Origin: an uncultured Candidatus Saccharibacteria bacterium
Lineage (GTDB): Bacteria > Patescibacteriota > Saccharimonadia > Saccharimonadales > UBA4665
DNA: 30,771 bases
Direction of reading: 5' to 3'
Assembly (NCBI GenBank): GCA_964438085.1
Contig: CAYTIU010000001.1
Coordinates: forward strand, 1-30,771
Every line of letters begins with the position of its first letter. The stretch's first letter is position 1. This document shows, piece by piece, positions 1-6,125 of the stretch. Made by a program: the position numbers and the translations under genes. The notes under the pieces were generated by a model. It was not told the origin of the DNA. It was given only the letters and a program-made list of their open reading frames with translations, and searched no databases.

Positions 1-1
1 A

Positions 2-283
2 AATGAAAGTTGGAAAGACCGACAGTATAAAGGGGCTGTCGGGTTTAGGTGCCGGCCAATAAGGGAAGAGATAGCTGCACAATGTGTAGCCTTTTTAGAA
101 GCTTTTGATTTACGTTTTGGAACCTTCGATCTTGTTGAGACGCAAGATGGTGAAATTATATTTCAGGCATGTGAAGCCAACGGGCACTATCGCTGGTTTG
201 AAGAAAACCTTAACATACCAATTTCCGGTGCGATTGCCCATGAATTAATAAAAATCGCCGATAGCCCATTTGAGGAGCTCTGA
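2..283 (+). CDS. ATP-grasp ligase C-terminal fragment (RimK/MvdC-like), truncated by window edge
   Basis: Not in the ORF track. Manual translation from nt 2 to TGA at 281-283: ...AFLEAFDLRFGTFDLVETQDGEIIFQACEANGHYRWFEENLNIPISGAIAHEL..., matching the C-terminal pattern of peptide-modifying ATP-grasp enzymes (L.FG.FD.....G...F.E.N..G.W.W.E....PI...IA..L). Confidence 0.7.
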   Translation, partial: NESWKDRQYKGAVGFRCRPIREEIAAQCVAFLEAFDLRFGTFDLVETQDGEIIFQACEANGHYRWFEENLNIPISGAIAHELIKIADSPFEEL

Positions 284-337
284 CTGAAGCGAATATGACA
301 AGCAAAGGAGATCTCAAAAGAGAAAAGAGAGATAACC

Positions 338-772
338 TTAGCTGGTCGTATTCGCCTGTATCTGTTGCTTTTCTTTCTTTGTATGGATAAACCTCCAGAT
401 CTTTAGATAGAAAAACTGTACAATACCTTGAGCAATCGGCTCAGTAAGCCCGATTTTAATTGCAGCGTGGGTATCACCTAGTGTTACAACCATCGCCAAG
501 GCGAAGGCGGCAAAAAGGTGAAAGGTGAAGAAAAACGCTGATCCAATAAAATCAGAGTCTCCATTCCTCACCCTGTTGCCAGCCTTATGCGCCAGCTCAT
601 GGACAAAAATACCGTGCAGCGTGGCGTCGAGGACTACATAAAACGATACGACTGCAAGACTCCTGGTAGTGATATACACTACCGTCATACCAACGAGGGC
701 ATGAATAGGCGCATACAGTAGGTTATACGGACGTATGAATTTTCGAAAATGTCTGTGCAGTCTCGAGAAAAT
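338..772 (-). CDS. DUF2061-like membrane protein with two repeats; start uncertain (track ATG 688, frame open to ATT 772)
   Basis: C-terminal half FHLFAAFALAMVVTLGD...IGLTEPIAQGIVQFFYLKIW resembles DUF2061. Extending the frame upstream gives IHALVGMTVVYITTRSL...IFVHE, a similar first repeat. SD AAGGAGGTG lies at 787-779. Confidence 0.55.
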   Translation of the reverse strand: MFSRLHRHFRKFIRPYNLLYAPIHALVGMTVVYITTRSLAVVSFYVVLDATLHGIFVHELAHKAGNRVRNGDSDFIGSAFFFTFHLFAAFALAMVVTLGDTHAAIKIGLTEPIAQGIVQFFYLKIWRFIHTKKEKQQIQANTTS

Positions 773-811
773 TCAAACCACCTCCTTTTTCTCCTTTGCT
801 TGTCGAAGAAC

Positions 812-828
812 ATAGACATATTGTCTAT
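812..828. promoter_or_regulatory. Perfect inverted repeat ATAGACA-N3-TGTCTAT, candidate operator or 5' hairpin
   Basis: 7-bp arms at 812-818 and 822-828, directly downstream of the minus-strand -10 box. Confidence 0.4.
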
Positions 829-834
829 AATTAT

Positions 835-843
835 ATTATAGCA
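835..843 (-). promoter_or_regulatory. Extended -10 (TGC-TATAAT) for the DUF2061-like gene
   Basis: Minus strand reads TGCTATAAT, a consensus TGn-TATAAT, upstream of the SD. Confidence 0.5.
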
Positions 844-905
844 TAGTTTTGTATATTATTCAATATGGGTTGCTTGCAGAAGTAAAATACGTATACTAGG
901 CATAT

Positions 906-1844
906 ATGTACCAACCTACACATGAATACGAGAGCGGGGCTGACACGGAGCAATTTATGCTCGAATCGTGGCTGCCAGTTGCAGAGAAGCACGCCGAGGG
1001 CTCAAACGATGAAATCAGCGTTCTTGACATCAATCCAGAGCAATACCCAGAACAGCGTATCGGCACCTACCATATACGGGGTACTGCCCAGGCACCAGAG
1101 GTTGTTGAAATAGCCGCCAATCTGGTTGAACCACGTTTCGCAGAAGTGAGCAAACAGTTTTATAAAAGTGCGTGTAATACGGCTGTTCTCGACCAAGTTG
1201 GCGCCCTGCTTGAGTCGGGCGATAACGTTATTTTAGCGACAAATCATATGCAGCTTACTGATGTGGCTATTGCACAAGCCGGGGTTTACAATTACCTCAA
1301 GCGCCAAGGACGTGAATTTAGTACGAGCTTAATTATGAGCAAGATGATCAGTCTGCTTGCGAGCAATGCTTTCAAAGACGAGACAGGGCAGCCGATACCA
1401 GGCGTCAAGGCACTCGAAGTAATCTGTGATGACGCATATTTAAGCTACCCGAAAAGTGAGACAACCAGCAAAACAGCTATCGCGCAGTCAATGCCAGAGG
1501 TTATCAAAAGCCACAATATGATGGTGAGCAAGGCAATAGTACAAAAGCTAGGCGAGGGCGGGGTACTTCTGGCAATGTGCCCGAGTGGTACAACCGATAA
1601 CCTCCGAGATGGCGGCGCTACCTGCGTCATGCACCGTGTCCAATCTGGCACCGCACGTATTATGGCGCACGAAAAGAGCTTTGTGCTACCGATGGCCACG
1701 TATTTTGGCGAAAATGACGCGTTTATGAAAGTCAGCAAAGACATTCAGCGGGTGTCATCGCGGACTGACGCAGATATTGTGATGCAGTCTATTGCCACAA
1801 CCCTTGATGCTGCGGTACCAGAAACGCGTTTTATATATAAGTAA
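906..1844 (+). CDS. Acyltransferase of the PlsC/GPAT superfamily, plastid/Chlamydia GPAT-like
   Basis: Catalytic H-x4-D motif in NVILATNHMQLTD. KSHN...KLGEGGVLLAMCPSGTTD parallels the plastid GPAT segment around IWIAPSGGRD. Confidence 0.6.
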   Translation: MYQPTHEYESGADTEQFMLESWLPVAEKHAEGSNDEISVLDINPEQYPEQRIGTYHIRGTAQAPEVVEIAANLVEPRFAEVSKQFYKSACNTAVLDQVGALLESGDNVILATNHMQLTDVAIAQAGVYNYLKRQGREFSTSLIMSKMISLLASNAFKDETGQPIPGVKALEVICDDAYLSYPKSETTSKTAIAQSMPEVIKSHNMMVSKAIVQKLGEGGVLLAMCPSGTTDNLRDGGATCVMHRVQSGTARIMAHEKSFVLPMATYFGENDAFMKVSKDIQRVSSRTDADIVMQSIATTLDAAVPETRFIYK

Positions 1845-1849
1845 TCCTC

Positions 1850-1877
1850 TTTACATCTATGGCGAGCATGCTAAAAT
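1850..1877 (+). promoter_or_regulatory. Sigma70-type promoter upstream of the riboswitch
   Basis: TTTACA (1850-1855), N16, TAAAAT (1872-1877) preceded by TGC (extended -10). Confidence 0.55.
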
Positions 1878-1903
1878 ACAAGAGATTCTTTAATAACCTA
1901 AAT

Positions 1904-2003
1904 AAATATAAAGAGTGCAGCGAGAGACCTAGCTTTACGACCTGCCGGCAACCTGTGTAATATAAGGTGCTTCATCTAGGCCGCAGCAGACGGAAAGATA
2001 TTT
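1904..2003 (+). ncRNA. SAM-I (S-box) riboswitch aptamer
   Basis: P1 AAATAT/ATATTT (1904-1909/1998-2003); AAGAG junction; P2 GCAG/CTGC; kink-turn-like GA...ACGA; P3 GGCAACCT...AGGTGC; pseudoknot CCTAG(1928-1932)/CTAGG(1976-1980); P4 CCG/CGG; AAAGAT. The downstream gene is a Cys/Met enzyme. Confidence 0.88.
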
Positions 2004-2019
2004 GCAGAGTATGTATTTT

Positions 2020-2057
2020 ATCCTTTCCGCTTGCAAAGTAGAAGGGATTTTTTATTT
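2020..2057 (+). terminator. Intrinsic terminator of the riboswitch expression platform
   Basis: Stem ATCCTTTC(2020-2027)/GAAGGGAT(2041-2048) followed by TTTTTATTT. Its 5' arm TATCCTTTCCG can instead pair with CGGAAAGATA (1991-2000) as an antiterminator. Confidence 0.8.
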
Positions 2058-2088
2058 GGAACAACAAGTAGTAAATAAAGAAGGGTCG

Positions 2089-3216
2089 GTGCCCTGTTTT
2101 GAGTCAGTCGAAGATTGTCAGAAAAGCCTACAAGCTCGGCATACATTTGAGCCTGTAGATTTATACCACCGTGACAGTAGTTCGGAGCTATATGAACTTG
2201 AAGACCGTATTGCACGTTTTACTCGCAGTAATGCAGCTGAAACAGTTGTCTATGCGAGCGGTATGACCGCAGTAACGAGCGCTATAACAACTGGGCTTGC
2301 ACACGCGGAGCAGGAGGAGCGGCCAACTATAGCATGTGCTCAGCAAACCTACGGCCAAACAAAGCGCTACGTTAATTGTCATCTCGCACAAGACCAGGGC
2401 GCACGTGTAGTTTGGTTTGATAGCGGAAACGCAGAGGATACACAACGAGTTATCGAAACCCACCAGCCGAACATAATAATCAGCGAAACTATTGGTAATG
2501 GGCCAGAGATGCCAATACTCGATATTCCTAATTTACTGCGAAACATACGAGCTTTGAAGAATCGCCCGGTAACTATTTTAGATAATACCTTACCGCTTTC
2601 TACTGAATTGCCCGTACACGAATACGTCTCTGAAGAAGATAATGTTATCGTAGCCGAAAGCGGCACAAAATCTTACGCTTTTAACAGGGAAATGCTCGGT
2701 ATTGCATACAGTAAAAATCTAGAGCTTATAACACACATGCGCCAGCAACGGCGAGCACTTGGTACAGCGCCAGGCATATACAGCCAAGCCGCAATTAGTA
2801 CGTTTTTGCCAGAAAATATTGAGGCGTTTGATGCGCGTAACCAGAAGATATACGAGAATAATGCTACACTCGCAGAAATACTCCATGCAGTGCCAGATGA
2901 GACAGGCTTCTCAGTATCGCACCCGAGCCTACCGACTCACGATAACTACAAATTAGCAGCGGAGCGGGGGCTTGCCGTTGCCTCGCCAATGTTATTTTTG
3001 ATATGCACTGCAGATGGTATTGACCAGTTTCAGCTAAGTCGCAAACTTTACGCCTCAGAAGCCGTACGCGAACAAGTAGATATTAGCCAGAGCTTTAGTT
3101 TTGACCGCACTAAGTTGTTACCCGACGAACATAATCCCTCTATACGTATCTCTTGCGGCTACGAAACCGATGTACAACGACTCGGCAAAGCTTTGATAGA
3201 AGCCAGTGCTTACTAA
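2089..3216 (+). CDS. PLP-dependent Cys/Met metabolism enzyme (cystathionine gamma-synthase/lyase or sulfhydrylase family)
   Basis: Family motifs YHR, YASGM, TYGQT, ILDNT, SGTKSY (PLP lysine) and IRISCGYE. Start moved from TTG 2002 (inside the riboswitch) to in-frame GTG 2089, after the terminator and a purine-rich AAGAAGGG. Confidence 0.85.
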   Translation: MPCFESVEDCQKSLQARHTFEPVDLYHRDSSSELYELEDRIARFTRSNAAETVVYASGMTAVTSAITTGLAHAEQEERPTIACAQQTYGQTKRYVNCHLAQDQGARVVWFDSGNAEDTQRVIETHQPNIIISETIGNGPEMPILDIPNLLRNIRALKNRPVTILDNTLPLSTELPVHEYVSEEDNVIVAESGTKSYAFNREMLGIAYSKNLELITHMRQQRRALGTAPGIYSQAAISTFLPENIEAFDARNQKIYENNATLAEILHAVPDETGFSVSHPSLPTHDNYKLAAERGLAVASPMLFLICTADGIDQFQLSRKLYASEAVREQVDISQSFSFDRTKLLPDEHNPSIRISCGYETDVQRLGKALIEASAY

Positions 3217-3280
3217 TAGGCTCTAGCGTACGAGGAACTACAGCACTCCAGCTATACCAATATGTTATACTCCTGGCAAC

Positions 3281-3886
3281 ATGACAAATGCGTTGATATT
3301 ACACGGAAAGCCCAAAAAAGAAACATATTTTAACCGCGATATTCCATCAGCCAGTAATGCAATATGGATGCCGTGGTTACAGCAAGAGCTTTTACTGCTT
3401 GGAATACCTACGCAAACACCTGAAATGTTTAATGCTTGGCAGCCCGACTATAAACTGTGGTCAAGTGAGCTTGAAAGGTACGATGTACACTCCGACACGC
3501 TGCTTATCGGGCACAGTATGGGCGCAGGGTTTATTGTGCAGTGGCTCAGCGAGCATACAGATGTGTCAGTCCGGCATATTTTTCTGGTAGGGCCATCGCT
3601 TGGTGATAAGTTTACGCCTGAGGAAACATTTGATGATCCACCTATCGGTGGATTTTTCGAATTTGAGATTGACCCTGCATTATCCAAAAGAGCCAAAAGT
3701 ATTACAATATTCCACTCCGATAATGATAATCAGCGAGTTAATAGCGCGGTACAGTATATTCAAGAAAAGATCCCAAGCGTGGAGTATCAAAAATTCCATA
3801 ATTATGGCCACTTCCGGGGCAAACGCGACATGCCCAGCGACACTTTCCCCGAGCTACTCGAGGCAATTTCTAAAAACATTAATTGA
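3281..3886 (+). CDS. Alpha/beta hydrolase, RBBP9/YdeN family
   Basis: LILHG start, W.PWL, GHSMG nucleophile elbow, HSDND (Asp) and GHF (His). Confidence 0.85.
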   Translation: MTNALILHGKPKKETYFNRDIPSASNAIWMPWLQQELLLLGIPTQTPEMFNAWQPDYKLWSSELERYDVHSDTLLIGHSMGAGFIVQWLSEHTDVSVRHIFLVGPSLGDKFTPEETFDDPPIGGFFEFEIDPALSKRAKSITIFHSDNDNQRVNSAVQYIQEKIPSVEYQKFHNYGHFRGKRDMPSDTFPELLEAISKNIN

Positions 3887-3890
3887 ATAT

Positions 3891-3923
3891 AACAAAACAA
3901 AAAAAGACTTTCAAAAAGTCTTT
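3891..3923 (-). terminator. Probable intrinsic terminator between convergent genes
   Basis: AAAGACTTT(3903-3911)/AAAGTCTTT(3915-3923) hairpin. The A-run at 3891-3905 gives a U-tract on the minus strand. Confidence 0.5.
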
Positions 3924-3934
3924 CATAGTACTCA

Positions 3935-3943
3935 CATCTGGCT
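3935..3943 (+). repeat. 9-bp direct repeat CATCTGGCT, also at 5183-5191 across the tRNA-Gln 3' end
   Basis: Exact match seen at both positions; a possible degenerate att remnant. Confidence 0.35.
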
Positions 3944-3972
3944 GAGTATGTGAGCCTAGCACAGATTAACGA

Positions 3973-4656
3973 TTAATTGCCATACCATTTTTTACGAGCT
4001 TCTAGATACTTTTTGCGCATATCTGCGGACTTATTATTGTGCGCCGAAAGTTTATCAATAAGGTCTTGGGTTGACGTTACGTATTCGTTGTCTTGTTCGA
4101 CATAATGTGGTTTATTCCATCGTTGAAATCCTAATAAGAATAATATATCAGCAAGCGAGTTGAGGATTTCACGAATCTTCCTGTCACCAGGTGCTTGTGA
4201 GCTATTTCGTTTGTTAAGCTTCACGAAGTGAGCAAGATGATGTCTTAGGTTGTGCATCATTTCAAGATTGTCTGCCTCATTTTTTAGAAGATTTTCGAAG
4301 AGTTGGATAGCTGACTTTTTTCTTATTGTTCGTGTTCCATCGTATAGGTACTGAGCAAGGCTGCCGTGCTCATATTTCCTAGGTACCGCTTCGTGCGCCG
4401 ATGAATCCCAAAAACCACCAATAAATCCATCGAGCTCTATGTAAAAGGCTTGCGTCATTGACTCCAGACTTGTGCCAAGAAACGAACTACAGTCTCCCCA
4501 TTCATATAGGACGCTTTGATAGTATTTGGCCGTATCGGCATCGACTGATTTGTTTGTGTGAAGGCGTAATTCTGACATAACTGAATAGAGCCGCATAAGC
4601 TTCAGGTATCTAAGTGTTAGTTCGTGGTATCGTTTAGTTTTTGAAATCGTAGGCAT
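3973..4656 (-). CDS. Hypothetical protein, HEPN-like (AbiU2-like) putative RNase
   Basis: Largely helical-looking 227 aa with R-x4-H motif NLRHHLAH preceded by an SL..YL segment. Own extended -10 (TGT-TACAAT, 4675-4667). Confidence 0.45.
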   Translation of the reverse strand: MPTISKTKRYHELTLRYLKLMRLYSVMSELRLHTNKSVDADTAKYYQSVLYEWGDCSSFLGTSLESMTQAFYIELDGFIGGFWDSSAHEAVPRKYEHGSLAQYLYDGTRTIRKKSAIQLFENLLKNEADNLEMMHNLRHHLAHFVKLNKRNSSQAPGDRKIREILNSLADILFLLGFQRWNKPHYVEQDNEYVTSTQDLIDKLSAHNNKSADMRKKYLEARKKWYGN

Positions 4657-4803
4657 ATCTATATTGATTGTAACAGTTATAAACGCGACAAATGAGACAC
4701 CGCAACGAGCTGTCTAGTTCACTTAGCTCAGCACGAAGCTTTGGCGTGAAATTGCAGGATATTCCACTAGCCCATGTTAGTATCGGGATCTTTATGATGC
4801 TGC

Positions 4804-5094
4804 CTACAAATGTTTCATCAGCTGGATAAAGGAGTCATCCGCCCACATTAAGAGCCCCTTGTCGCTAAAGGTATCTTCAACATTGCGTGGGCAAATATCA
4901 TCAAGACCTTCGCCATTTTTCTTGCCAGTATAAAACCCATATGACGATTTATCATGGTGAGTGATATAGAACTTGTATTTATAGTTTGGATGCGTGTATA
5001 CACCCTCTTCGCCCCTGCCAGGAAAGCCCTTTTGTGCCTTTTGAAACACAAAGCCTTTTTTTAGTAGATGTGTTTTATATTCTTCTCGTGTCAT
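4804..5094 (-). CDS. Hypothetical protein (96 aa)
   Basis: Clean ORF with extended -10 TGA-TATACT (5110-5102) 7 nt before the ATG. No family recognised with confidence. Confidence 0.6.
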   Translation of the reverse strand: MTREEYKTHLLKKGFVFQKAQKGFPGRGEEGVYTHPNYKYKFYITHHDKSSYGFYTGKKNGEGLDDICPRNVEDTFSDKGLLMWADDSFIQLMKHL

Positions 5095-5186
5095 TAAGTA
5101 AAGTATATCATTCTATAGACATTGGAAGGTGTTCTATAAAAAGAGCCCAAGTAAAAGCTCTTTTACTTCAATGAATCTGTCGCATC

Positions 5187-5261
5187 TGGCTAGGGCGGAG
5201 GGATTCGAACCCCCGAATGCCAGGACCAAAACCTGGTGCCTTACCACTTGGCCACGCCCTA
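5187..5261 (-). tRNA. tRNA-Gln(TTG), CCA encoded
   Basis: Reverse complement TAGGGCGTGGCCAAGTGGTAAGGCACCAGGTTTTGGTCCTGGCATTCGGGGGTTCGAATCCCTCCGCCCTAGCCA folds as a cloverleaf with anticodon stem CCAGG/CCTGG, anticodon TTG and T-loop TTCGAAT. Confidence 0.97.
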
Positions 5262-5299
5262 TTATGCCATATATGCTTACGTATCCGTAAGACTAGCCT

Positions 5300-5328
5300 A
5301 TTGTACGCTGTAAAGAGCATTTTTTCAA
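5300..5328 (-). promoter_or_regulatory. Proximal tRNA promoter
   Basis: TTGAAA(5328-5323)-N17-TACAAT(5305-5300). Confidence 0.6.
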
Positions 5329-5363
5329 GCTTGTACTCACGCCTACATTTTTCTTAATTATAT

Positions 5364-5392
5364 ATTATAAAGCAAAGCATAACCTTTGTCAA
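5364..5392 (-). promoter_or_regulatory. Distal tRNA promoter, perfect sigma70 consensus
   Basis: TTGACA(5392-5387)-N17-TATAAT(5369-5364). Confidence 0.75.
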
Positions 5393-5414
5393 CATACCCT
5401 AGATTTGTTATGAT
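5386..5414 (+). promoter_or_regulatory. Promoter of the SLT gene, predicted leaderless
   Basis: TTGTCA(5386-5391)-N17-TATGAT(5409-5414) with a TG extension; the ATG is 6 nt downstream. Confidence 0.6.
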
Positions 5415-5420
5415 ATAAGC

Positions 5421-6113
5421 ATGGGCAAGAGAGGTATAAAACTTAGCAAACGCGATGTAGCCATGCTTACCAGCGGGGCGCTTGTTACGCTTGTGGGCGC
5501 GCTACTTATAACAGCGGTAGAACACACCGAAAAGCCCTTGCAGGCAAAATCATCGCGCATTACTATCCCGTGGATACCTGCTACAGTTAAACAGTGGGAA
5601 AAACCTATTACCGAAAACGCCAAAAAATATGATCTTGATCCAAACCTGATCGCCATTATTATGACACTCGAATCTGGTGGTTATACCAAAGCCCACAGCG
5701 AGGCAGACGCCCAAGGGCTCATGCAGGTAACGCCACCAACTGCGAATGATATTGCTGAAAGATACCTCAAAAAACCACAAGAGCGATACGATCTTTATAA
5801 GCCCGAAACCAGTATAGAATTTGGTACTGCATATCTGGCAATGCTCCGAGACGAGTACGGCACTGCCAAGCAAGGGCCAAGCTGGAATGTGACAGTAGAG
5901 CTGCTAGCTGCTGCATACAACGGCGGTTTTTCGGCAGCCAATGCAATCGAAAAGGGCGAAGGGCTGAATGATACGCAAACGCTCAACTATTCACGCGATG
6001 CGTTCAATATGTGGCGCGAACGCCACGCGCAGAAAAGCCCAACCTTCGAACGCTGGAAAGAACGTGGCGGCATAGAGCTTATCGAAGCAGCCCAGGCAGA
6101 AAAGCAACAGTAA
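5421..6113 (+). CDS. Lytic transglycosylase (SLT domain) with N-terminal membrane anchor
   Basis: IMTLESGG (catalytic Glu), AQGLMQV and AAYNGG motifs; one N-terminal TM segment. Confidence 0.9.
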   Translation: MGKRGIKLSKRDVAMLTSGALVTLVGALLITAVEHTEKPLQAKSSRITIPWIPATVKQWEKPITENAKKYDLDPNLIAIIMTLESGGYTKAHSEADAQGLMQVTPPTANDIAERYLKKPQERYDLYKPETSIEFGTAYLAMLRDEYGTAKQGPSWNVTVELLAAAYNGGFSAANAIEKGEGLNDTQTLNYSRDAFNMWRERHAQKSPTFERWKERGGIELIEAAQAEKQQ

Positions 6114-6125
6114 AATCTTACGCTA

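Noticed and set aside
295-390. 31-aa ORF (MTSKGDLKREKRDNLSWSYSPVSVAFLSLYG) after the ATP-grasp gene as a RiPP precursor
   Set aside because: No SD, overlaps the antisense DUF2061-like gene, and has no recognisable graspetide leader or core pattern.
587-604. HELAH (HExxH) as a zinc-protease motif
   Set aside because: It aligns with the FHE end of the first DUF2061-like repeat, and there is no other protease context.
2002-2088. N-terminal 29 aa of the tracked 404-aa ORF
   Set aside because: It overlaps riboswitch P1 and the terminator; GTG 2089 is the more plausible start.
3929-3954. Alternative hairpins TACTCA/TGAGTA and CTCACAT/ATGTGAG as an RNA switch
   Set aside because: Short stems in a convergent intergenic gap with no expression platform; likely terminator-related or chance.
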